DNA of 58,946 nucleotides, the filler included. It is 5 parts of 5 records of this genome, joined end to end, with 100 filler letters (N's around TTAATTAATTAA, not from the genome) between each part and the next. Parts side by side here need not be neighbours in the genome. Positions count along the whole stretch, not along the records: positions 13,178 to 25,017 come from SRR31156797_9826; positions 25,118 to 39,109 come from SRR31156797_9830; 3 more parts are not named here. One strand, written 5' to 3'. The position numbers and the translations under genes are program-made. Below are positions 16,210 through 25,517 of the stretch, piece after piece. Position 1 is the first letter of the stretch; each line of letters starts with the position of its first letter. Below the pieces are notes generated by a model. It searched no databases. It was given only the letters and a program-made list of their open reading frames with translations, and was not told the origin of the DNA.

Positions 16210-17298
16210 TTACATTCTTTTAAAAAGATCTTTAATCTCTTCTTTTGATATTTTATTTCTCCAATCAGGACCAAAAGCATTATTCCACATATGCTCCAAA
16301 GCCCAAGCAACCTCTACCATATGATCAAATTGTTCTTCAGAACATCCGGCAGTAATTCCCGCAGGAATATCAACACCCTGAGCAGCCTGCATCTCTTTAA
16401 ATATCTTATATCCATCCGGATAATACTTTTCAAGCTGATTAAATACAATACAATTACCGACTCCATGATGCGTACCCAGAACTACTGCCAATCCATAAGA
16501 CAATGCATGACAAACACCCACCTGACCATAAGTAGTGCTATTACCACCCATAATAGATGCCACCATCATTTTCTCATCTGCCTCCAATCTATTCTCATAT
16601 CTATTCATGAAAACATTAACGGTAATTTCGTTTGATTTTTCAGCAAAAGCCAGCCCCATAGAATTTATCCAGCTACCATTCATAGATTCTACATTATGAA
16701 TGAAGTTATCCATTCCTGTAAAGAAGCGATCTTCATCAGGAACTGTAGCTAATAACTCTGGATCAAAAACAACTTCATTGGGAATGGTATAATCACATTT
16801 GATACCCAGTTTTTTTTCCGGGCCACTCAAAACAGCCGTCATCGAAACTTCTGCACCTGTACCTGTAATTGTAGGAATACAAATAGTATAAATTCCTTCG
16901 TTTTTAATTAAATCCAAGCCTTGATAATCTTTCGAATCGCCAGGGTTTGTAACCATTAACCCTGTAGCTTTGGCATAGTCCATAGAAGTTCCTCCTCCCA
17001 TACCAACCATTACAGCCGGTTTGGCGTCATCGTGCATTAAAATAAGATCACGATATTGATTTACCAATACTGTTTTAGGCTCATCCGTTGGATCAATAAA
17101 AATAACCAAGTCTTTATCGGTTGTAGGAATACGATCTAACACTTCTTTTTTATCCTGAAAAAAGTGATCAATCATAAAAACAACCCAATCATTGGTTTCA
17201 TTCTTTTGTTTATCTATTAATTCTCCTAAGTGATTAAAACTTCCTTTTCCGAAAGCATAACGACCCGGATTTACAAAACTTCTAAAATCGTATAGCAT
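16210..17298 (-). CDS. kdnB: Fe-type alcohol dehydrogenase, KdnB-like Kdo 8-oxidase
   Basis: GGGTSMDYAK, IPTITGTGAEVS, CHALSYG, HHG; adjacent to kdnA. Confidence 0.8.
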   Translation of the reverse strand: MLYDFRSFVNPGRYAFGKGSFNHLGELIDKQKNETNDWVVFMIDHFFQDKKEVLDRIPTTDKDLVIFIDPTDEPKTVLVNQYRDLILMHDDAKPAVMVGMGGGTSMDYAKATGLMVTNPGDSKDYQGLDLIKNEGIYTICIPTITGTGAEVSMTAVLSGPEKKLGIKCDYTIPNEVVFDPELLATVPDEDRFFTGMDNFIHNVESMNGSWINSMGLAFAEKSNEITVNVFMNRYENRLEADEKMMVASIMGGNSTTYGQVGVCHALSYGLAVVLGTHHGVGNCIVFNQLEKYYPDGYKIFKEMQAAQGVDIPAGITAGCSEEQFDHMVEVAWALEHMWNNAFGPDWRNKISKEEIKDLFKRM

Positions 17299-17303
17299 GA
17301 TAA

Positions 17304-17338
17304 TTAGTCATTAGTTAACAGTCATTAGTCATCAGTCA
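17304..17338. repeat. Heptamer tandem repeat (TTAGTCA)x5, degenerate
   Basis: TTAGTCA TTAGTTA ACAGTCA TTAGTCA TCAGTCA immediately 5' of the kdnB start. Confidence 0.65.
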
Positions 17339-17418
17339 ACAAGATACATATTACTAATGTTCCAAAGACTTTAAAATTATTCCAAAGGCTACACCTCTGT
17401 ATATTTTAAACAATATAA

Positions 17419-17496
17419 AACCACAAAGACACTAAGAACAAGATAAAACACCAAGTCAATTCTTCGTGTTTACTTTGCCCTTGGTGCCTTTGAGTT
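17419..17496. repeat. REP-like intergenic inverted repeat
   Basis: AACCACAAAGACACTAAG ... CTTGGTGCCTTTGAGTT imperfect arms between kdnA and kdnB. Confidence 0.45.
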
Positions 17497-17520
17497 AAAT
17501 TTACTTTATGTAGTTCTTTA

Positions 17521-18702
17521 TTATCCTAAAACTTTATCGAAAGCTTTACAAACAGCCTCTAATTGCTCCGGAGTACTTGTAATATTCAAATTGATTGACA
17601 CCAATCTTCCGATTAAATCATAAGACTTAGGCAGATCAAGATTATTATAATCCTGTGGCTTATCTAAAAACTGCATCCCAACTGGTCCGGCTACCTTACA
17701 CTCTTTTAGGTGATCCCAGTTTTTAATAAAGTGATAATTATTATCAAACCAATATGCTGCAGCCACACCTTCAGCACCTAATTCAGCACAAGCTTTTTTC
17801 GCTTCCTCCTGTGTTGGTAAAAAGAAATTCAACACCGTAGCAGAATCTCCTGCTTCGTCAGGAACATTACGAAATACCACCTGTGGAAATTTCTTTAAAT
17901 AGTCCTTCAACACTTTTTTATTCGCACGAAGTCTTTCCAGGATATAATCGATTTTTCTAAACTGAGCTAATCCCACTGCCGCATGCAATTCACTGATACG
18001 ATAGTTTGTTCCTAAGATAGGATGCTCTTCTGCTCCTCGATTGTTTCCTATATGACTATGACCATGATCAGACCAGGTATGAGCAGTTGTATAAACTTCT
18101 TCATCATTTGTTAATACTGCTCCACCTTCACCGGCAGTAATCAACTTAAAGAAGTCGAAAGAATAACAGGCCACTTTACCAAAAGTACCCAACATCTTAC
18201 CTTTATAAGACCCACCCAAAGCCTGAGCAGTATCTTCAATTAAGATGATATTATGCTTATTACACACTTCAACAATTTCATCAATCTGTGCCATAGCACC
18301 TACCATATGGATAAGCATTACAGCTTTTGTTTTAGGTGTAATGGCCGCCTCAATAGACGCTGCAGACAAACAAAGCGTTTCATCAATTTCTGCAAAAACA
18401 GGCACTGCTCCACAATTAACTACCGCTTCAACAGGCGCAATAAATGTAAACGGAGGAACAATTACCTCATCACCAGCCCCAACACCAACAGCTGCTAGAG
18501 AAACCGCATCTGCAGCCGTTCCACTTGACACCAGGTGACAATATTTTGCACCATGATATTCAGCAAACTCTTTTTCTAACTGCTTTGCTTTCCAAATACC
18601 TTTTCTTTGTTCATCATGATTATATCTAAACAGGATTCCAGTCTCCAAGACTTCCATTACCTGTTCTTTTTCTTCTTTACCAAATAATTCTGTACCCGGC
18701 AT
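17521..18702 (-). CDS. kdnA: DegT/DnrJ PLP aminotransferase, KdnA-like (8-amino-Kdo synthesis)
   Basis: MPGTELFGKEEK...LFRY, SFDFFKLITAGEGG and SDHGHSHIGNNRGAEEHP closely follow KdnA motifs. Confidence 0.85.
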   Translation of the reverse strand: MPGTELFGKEEKEQVMEVLETGILFRYNHDEQRKGIWKAKQLEKEFAEYHGAKYCHLVSSGTAADAVSLAAVGVGAGDEVIVPPFTFIAPVEAVVNCGAVPVFAEIDETLCLSAASIEAAITPKTKAVMLIHMVGAMAQIDEIVEVCNKHNIILIEDTAQALGGSYKGKMLGTFGKVACYSFDFFKLITAGEGGAVLTNDEEVYTTAHTWSDHGHSHIGNNRGAEEHPILGTNYRISELHAAVGLAQFRKIDYILERLRANKKVLKDYLKKFPQVVFRNVPDEAGDSATVLNFFLPTQEEAKKACAELGAEGVAAAYWFDNNYHFIKNWDHLKECKVAGPVGMQFLDKPQDYNNLDLPKSYDLIGRLVSINLNITSTPEQLEAVCKAFDKVLG

Positions 18703-18712
18703 TTTATTGTTT

Positions 18713-18740
18713 TTAGACGATTAGACAAAAGACAAAAGAC
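18713..18740. repeat. Heptamer tandem repeat (AGACAAA-like)
   Basis: TTAGACGATTAGACAAAAGACAAAAGAC just 5' of the kdnA start. Confidence 0.55.
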
Positions 18741-18839
18741 TTGTCCTTAACGTAACAGGGGCGATTAGAAATAATCACCCCTTATATAATATTATATGTA
18801 TATCCACTAAAGGGATAAAGTAGATAATGAAATTTTTAC

Positions 18840-19862
18840 TTATAAAATTTCAAGTTTTACCAAATCCTGAACATCCAACATACCTGCAGGCTTACCATTA
18901 CTTGTAGCAATAATATTGTCCACTTGTTTTTCTTTAAAAATGCCAACTGCAGTATGTAGCTTTTCGTCAATATCAACATTGATAGGCATTTTCATTTCAA
19001 AATCACTCATTTTCATGGTAAGGATTTTCTCACCATCAATATTCATATGACGACGTAAATCGCCATCAGTAAAGATACCTACAAGATTTCCTTCAGCATC
19101 AACAACAGAAACTGCACCAGTGGCATATTTAGTCATTTCAACAGTAGCATCAGTTACCAAAGCATCTAATCCGATAGTTGGATTTTTACTTCCAATAACC
19201 TCACCTACTTTCATTGTCATCTGACGTGTATGATTCACAAACTGCTGTGTACCTATTTCTGTAAAGTTATTGTTATTTAGGTTTTTCATAATACCCCAAG
19301 GAATAGTGATATTCTGACAACCCAACTCAATCGCATTTTTGATATGTTCAGGATGACGAACAGAAGAGAACATGATTTTAGTATTGTAGTTATACTTGTT
19401 CACTAAATCAACACAATCCTTCACTAATTTTAAAGCATCGTATCCCTGATCTTGCATACGACCAACCAACACACAAACATAAGTTGCTCCTGCAGCCATA
19501 GCCATGTATGCTTGCTGAATATTGTACACCAAGTGAATATTCACCATCATATCCTCGTCGCGAAGCATTTTACATGCTTTTGCCGCTACTAAGGAAGCTG
19601 GAATTTTAAATACAGTTTTTTTCTTATCTAAACCTAAGCTTAATAAACGTTTTGCCTCAGCTACAATTTCTTCCGCTGTATCTCCCAGCGCTTCAATCAT
19701 TAAAACAGGCACTTTTTTAGATAGCTCAACAATTGCTCCGTCGATATCTGTTATGCCATGTCTGTGCATAAAAGTAGGCGTGGTTGTTAATCCATCTATA
19801 AAACCTAGTTCAAATGCTTCTTCAATTTCTTTTATGTCAGCAGAATCAAGATATAATTCCAT
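18840..19862 (-). CDS. Transaldolase/fructose-6-P aldolase family domain fused to a CBS pair
   Basis: MELYLDSAD, GLTTTP, Schiff-base VFKIP, VGRMQD, SSVR; C-terminal ~120 aa has GIFTDGDLRR and GMLDVQDLVK (KdsD-type CBS pair). Confidence 0.85.
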   Translation of the reverse strand: MELYLDSADIKEIEEAFELGFIDGLTTTPTFMHRHGITDIDGAIVELSKKVPVLMIEALGDTAEEIVAEAKRLLSLGLDKKKTVFKIPASLVAAKACKMLRDEDMMVNIHLVYNIQQAYMAMAAGATYVCVLVGRMQDQGYDALKLVKDCVDLVNKYNYNTKIMFSSVRHPEHIKNAIELGCQNITIPWGIMKNLNNNNFTEIGTQQFVNHTRQMTMKVGEVIGSKNPTIGLDALVTDATVEMTKYATGAVSVVDAEGNLVGIFTDGDLRRHMNIDGEKILTMKMSDFEMKMPINVDIDEKLHTAVGIFKEKQVDNIIATSNGKPAGMLDVQDLVKLEIL

Positions 19863-19886
19863 GGTAAAATATTTGTTTGGTGATAT

Positions 19887-20720
19887 TTAAATTTCTATTC
19901 TAGTTTGTTTCTCGATATTATGTATTTCAATTAAAGGCTTAAGAAATTCCTCTAATTTATCCAATGGATATTGGCTGGCTGCATCACAAAGTGCATTGGT
20001 ACAGTCCGGATGCGCTTCAATAAAGATACCATCGATACCCGCAGCTACCCCTGCACGTGCGATTGGTCCCAAATACTGACGGGTTCCTCCATTAGGGTCA
20101 GAACTTGGAATACCATATCTTCTGATACAATGCGTAATATCAAACACTACCGGATATCCGGTTTGTTGCATCTCGTAAAAGCTTCTTGGATCAACAATTA
20201 AATCATTATATCCAAAAGTATAACCACGCTCAGTAACCATGATATTTTTGTTTCCAAAATGCTCAATTTTCTGAACTGGCTTAATCATATTTTCCGGAGC
20301 TAAAAACTGTCCGTGCTTTACATTAATAGCCTTACCTGTTTTAGCAGCCTCTGTTACCAATGAAGTTTGCATACACAAATACGCCGGTATTTGAATTACA
20401 TCCAACACCTCTGCAGCTGGTTTTACCTCTGCGGCCTGATGTACATCTGAAATAACAGGTACATCAAAAGTATTTTTTACTTTCTCAAGCATTTTTAAGC
20501 CTTCTTCTAAACCAGGACCATGGTAAAATTCTACAGAACTACGGTTATCCTTAATGTAAGAAGATTTAAAAATAAATGGAAGATTAAGATTTTCTGCGAT
20601 CTGCTTTAATGTCTCAGCAGTATTCATCATGATGGATTCATCTTCAACTACACAGGGACCTGCGATTAGAAAAAGTTTATCCTTACCAAACTCTTGTTGG
20701 CCAACTTTAATATTCTTCAT
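19887..20720 (-). CDS. kdsA: Kdo-8-phosphate synthase, metal-dependent type, variant motifs
   Basis: IAGPCVVE, KSSYIKDNRSS, KHGQFLAP, TERG, FDITH, EAHPD...LCD; ATG 20720. Confidence 0.9.
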   Translation of the reverse strand: MKNIKVGQQEFGKDKLFLIAGPCVVEDESIMMNTAETLKQIAENLNLPFIFKSSYIKDNRSSVEFYHGPGLEEGLKMLEKVKNTFDVPVISDVHQAAEVKPAAEVLDVIQIPAYLCMQTSLVTEAAKTGKAINVKHGQFLAPENMIKPVQKIEHFGNKNIMVTERGYTFGYNDLIVDPRSFYEMQQTGYPVVFDITHCIRRYGIPSSDPNGGTRQYLGPIARAGVAAGIDGIFIEAHPDCTNALCDAASQYPLDKLEEFLKPLIEIHNIEKQTRIEI

Positions 20721-21123
20721 GCGTAATATTTGCCTTTTTTTATTCTCAACGAAAATTAAATGGTGATCTATCAACACCGATCATTAACTCCAAACTCCAT
20801 TAACAATCACTATTTTAATCAACTCAAACGTGGTAAATTTATTGTCTACATTTCCGTTCACAGAGAATGAGACAATTCAATTTTCATTTACACGTACGTC
20901 TAACTTGAGAAAATCGCGGCTAAAATAGTAAATACTTATAACAATTTTCTTAATTCATGTCATTATCTGCCAAAAGAGATTTTAAAATTGAAAGTTTTAT
21001 TAAAAGGCTTTTGTCTTTATTTGGAGGCACCTACATTATATCAAATAAATAATCCATCAAACCTCAAAGAAAAAATGGGCATGATGGATCAAAATATATA
21101 AATAGATACTTTTTAGAACGAAT

Positions 21124-21645
21124 TTACAGGTACAAAATAATTATTGTAAAAACGATTCCGGCAATGGCTACAATTAATCCTTTTTTAAAGTTTTTAGTTT
21201 TAGGCTTAAACATCCAGAAAGACGACACCGCTAAAAACAATAAGGCAACACCAAAGATAGTCGTTAACCAAGCCATGACATTTCTCGAAGAAGTCATATG
21301 TAATTTAATCATCTTGGTAACAAAATCAGGATATGAGTAAGATACATAACTCACGTCACCAGTAGACACATTATATTGTCCATCCGCAAAATACATGATA
21401 TCGCCATCAATACTATCCGCATTAAAGTGCCTCATCCTTAATACTCGCCCCAATTCATTTGGACTCAAGTCGGCATCCAGTTGCTTTTCTATACTCTCTC
21501 CTTGCTTAAAAATATTGGTTCCTCTGAAAGTTAAAACCACGCCACTTATGGCATAAACACTCATGATACCAATTAAAAAAAAGCCCACATACCGGTGAGC
21601 CACACGCATTGTTAATTTCATCTGTTTATATTTACTTTTTGTCAT
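21124..21645 (-). CDS. PepSY-associated TM helix family membrane protein
   Basis: HRYVGFF...YAISG, KLH, VSSFWMF with three TM helices. Confidence 0.7.
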   Translation of the reverse strand: MTKSKYKQMKLTMRVAHRYVGFFLIGIMSVYAISGVVLTFRGTNIFKQGESIEKQLDADLSPNELGRVLRMRHFNADSIDGDIMYFADGQYNVSTGDVSYVSYSYPDFVTKMIKLHMTSSRNVMAWLTTIFGVALLFLAVSSFWMFKPKTKNFKKGLIVAIAGIVFTIIILYL

Positions 21646-21811
21646 CAGATGAAACTCGCCCCAAAAATCTTCCTCTTGCGTAAGAGCATTTTCTAATGGC
21701 TCGTTTCAATTCTACATATTTTTTTACATTCAAATTATTAATTAGACGCCAAAACTATAAATATCCCTCAAAATTTAGAAATCACATAGGCAAATACAAT
21801 AACACATACTT

Positions 21812-24146
21812 TTAAAAAGTCCAACTATAACTTACTGATGGAATGATTGGAAATAAAGTTTGCTTAAACAAGCGGGGCTCCGTTTCATCAAACCACTCCG
21901 CTCCTAGCTCCCTGCTCCAAAAATAGAAGTAGGCATTTTGACGGCAATACAAATTATATATACTCAATCGCCAAATTCGTTCGCCACGATTTCTCTTTTT
22001 TATAAAATTCACTCCAATATCCAAGCGATGATAAGCTTCCATACGAGTAGCGTTCTTTCCATCATATTTTTCCACACGAACATAAGGCTTCTCATACTCA
22101 TCTCGTTGTTCATGAGGGATGATATAACTTTCCTTAGCCAAGGTAATTGCATTGCCAGAATGATATACCCATGTCGCAAAAAAATCTATACTTGGCCTTA
22201 ACTGTTGCTGAAATACTATACTAATATCATGAGGTCGATCATACCTGAACGAATATGTTTTTCCCTGATTTACTTCATTAAATTTACGCGTGGTTTTAGA
22301 TAATGTATAGCCTATCCACCCAGTGGTTCTTCCCTTATTCTTTTTTACCAGAAACTCAACACCTTTTGCAATCCCTATACCTTCTCCCTCAATATGATCC
22401 TGCCAATTTCCTAAGCCTGTAAATTGTGATATTCCATCCTTAAAGGATATTAAATTACGCATTTCCTTATAATAGGATTCTACACTAAACTCATACATTT
22501 TATTAGCCGAGGTATGTGCCCAACCGACAGAATACTGAGTAGACAATTGAGGAGCCAGTTTTTTTTGTAGCAGGTAACCAATAATCTGTTGGCATCCCTG
22601 TTCCGGCACCCGTTAGCAGATGGACGTTTTGTTGCATTTTAGCATAACCAAGCTTAAAGGCATGGGTAGCTGAAAAATTATAATTCAATACCAGCCTAGG
22701 CTCTAAGGACGGAAACGACCTGTCTTTAACGATATAATTGGCATAACGGATACCTGCATTCAGATTTACATTTGGGAACAATTGAATTTCATTTTCAAGA
22801 TAAACATTGGCCTCTTGCGCCTCTTCCCCATAACGTACTAAAGTAGAATCATTATCAACCCCGTCAACACGCTGATGGTTATGGATACGAGTAGGCATAT
22901 ATTGATGATAAATAAAGCTTCCGCCAACACGAAATGTATATCCATTGCTAATATACCATTCAAGATCTTTCTTCAAACTCCAATCCGACACACTGGACAA
23001 GAATTGATATTCCATTTGCAGCCCATCTCCATTATAATTCTGTTTAATAGCATTTCTATACTGCGTATAGGAAACAGTAACATTACTAAATAATTTTGGT
23101 GTATAAACATGATTCCAGCGCGCAGCTCCCAGCGTATTTCCCCATCTTAATCTGCCTTTGGATTTGACATCACTCTCCTTGGAACTAAATGAATTTACAC
23201 TTCTGTCATCTCCAGAATAAAAGCTAAAATACAACCTGTCCGTCTCATTTATTATATGATTAAACTTGGCATTTACATCGTAAAAATGGTATCCCATTGA
23301 TGCGCCGTTAAACAACAATGGAGTAAGTGGGCGCATCAGAACATCATACATCATCCTTCGCACTGAAATTAAATACGAAGATCTTTCTTTTTTTACAGGA
23401 CCTTCTAAAGTTATTTTTGAAGATACCAGTCCAATACTTGCATTACCTTTAAATCCTTTGTTATTACCATTCTTCATCCTAACATCCAATACCGATGACA
23501 AGCGAGAACCATAACGAGCCGGAAAACCGCCTTTTATCAACTTTACATCATTAATAGCATCTGGATTAAAAGTAGAAACAAACCCGCCCAAATGATTGAC
23601 ATAATATAAAGGTACGTCATCCAGTAAAATCAAGTTTTGATCCGGACTTCCCCCACGCACATACATTCCACTACTTGCCTCACCTCCCTGACTAACCCCA
23701 GGTAACAACTGCAAAGCTTTAATTAAATCCACCTCTCCACCCAAAGCAGGAATACGCTTGACCTCATTCATCGTCAGCTTATTTACGCTTACTTCAGCCC
23801 GCTGCTCAATTGGTCTTTCTGCATTCACACTCACCTCTTGAATAGCAATACCCGGGTTTAGCTTTATCAATACCAAGGTATCGGACAATACACTAAAGGC
23901 TTCTGTATAATATTCATATCCTACGTAAGAAAACTTAATAGAGTAAACTCCCTTCTTGGTAAAGTTGAAATTAAAATAACCAAAAGAATTACTGGCCTGC
24001 CCCTGTTCCGTATCACTACAATAGACACTCACGCCAATCAAAGGTTCACCAGTCGTAGCATCCACCACGTGCCCCGAAACATTTACCTGCGCAACCAGCT
24101 TACCCACCAACAGAAGACAGATAAGCAACAATATACATAAACGCAT
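21812..24146 (-). pseudogene. TonB-dependent receptor, frameshifted in an A8 tract
   Basis: Plug motifs (LQLLPGV, VRGGSPDQNL, GGFPARYGSRLSSV) and C-terminal PSVSYSWTF are split into two ORFs. Removing one A at 22559-22566 gives ...WLPATKKLAPQLSTQYSVG and 777 aa. Confidence 0.85.
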
Positions 24147-24990
24147 TATAATTTATTAATATGAGAAATTTGGCTGTAGCCGGCAAAAATACCATAGCCA
24201 TTATTAATATTAGTGTGAGCATCAACCGGATTACCTGAACCATCCCATAAGTCCCCGACTTGATTGACCAAATTTAGATATAACCGTTTTTTGAACAAGA
24301 AATAACTTTCAGAAACAGTGCGCAACTGTATTTCTACCTCATCAATACCATTACAAGCATCCCCAACCATATTAAAGAATTCAAAAGAAAATTGGTAGGC
24401 TTTATCATTGATTAACTCATTACTAAACAACAAACCAATACCAGTGTAATTATAATTAACCACCCCTTCATTCCTTACAACAATATCCTGGCTACTTAAA
24501 TATTCATAATACTGACTATCTTCTCCTTGCCCACACACATCAAACACTTTTCCAATCATCCTAAGTTCAAAGTATGTTCTATCCTTGGGTACATTTTTTA
24601 AAGTAATGGTGATAGATGAAATATCATCACCCTCATAATCCACATTTGCCTTAGGTACGTATTTATCAATTGTAAAGTCTACAGGTAGTGGGATTTTATC
24701 TGTAGCACTTACTGTTGGGTAGCCTACAGCACTGGCCACCAATTCGTATTCCACACCATACTGCCCCTTTAGCGATGCACGATATAAAGAATCTTTTACA
24801 CATTGCATGGGATAACTTACGCCATTAGCACTAATCACAACTTCTGCCTCTTCATTTAAGGTATAAACGGTATCCGAGGCAGAAACAACTTTTGTAACTA
24901 ACGCTTCAATCTCATCCTCATTAGTAATATAACTACCAATTACCAACCTTGGCTCTGGCTTAGAAAGATAAATATCTACCTCTTTAAAAC
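24146..24990 (-). pseudogene. DUF4249-type lipoprotein lacking its signal peptide
   Basis: Reading frame FKEVDIYLSKPEPRLVIGSYI...HTNINNGYGIFAG. Upstream codons are RVKRVG after a TAA, with no start or lipobox before the contig end. Confidence 0.6.
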
Positions 24991-25017
24991 CTACTCTTTT
25001 AACTCTTTATTGTTAAA

Positions 25018-25117
25018 NNNNNNNNNNNNNNNNNNNNNNNNNNNNNNNNNNNNNNNNNNNNTTAATTAATTAANNNNNNNNNNNNNNNNNNNNNNNNNNN
25101 NNNNNNNNNNNNNNNNN
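25018..25117. other. Artificial contig-joining spacer
   Basis: 44 N, TTAATTAATTAA, 44 N. Confidence 0.98.
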
Positions 25118-25178
25118 AGTTAGCGATAACTTACTCAAAACAAGTAAGTAACCAAGCGTTTCTTATATCGAACTCAGG
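25118..25178. mobile_element. Possible IS terminal inverted repeat at the contig start
   Basis: TTATATCGAACTCAGG (reverse CCTGAGTTCGATATAA) resembles CCTGA-starting IS ends and sits where the assembly broke; no transposase visible. Confidence 0.35.
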
Positions 25179-25517
25179 TTAAAAGGAATTAGAATACACA
25201 TCGATTTGTGATGACAGGTTCTGAATGTAAAAAAATACTATCTTTATATTTTTTTAACAGATTTGTGTAGCATTATGGATTGAAAATGTGCAGCTATGTA
25301 AAACAAAGGGCAATATGAAATATGATCAATAACGGTACCTGGATTTTATCACTGACTATATATTACCTGGTTTTATATAAGGGTAAATCCAATGATGATC
25401 CGTTTTTTTTTACGAAGGCATAGATTTAAGTTAAAGAAATTCAGTAGGAAATCCCTGTTTTGTGGGATTACCGAATGGAGATCTTGATGCCGTTAAATAT
25501 ACCATTGACCAAAAAAT

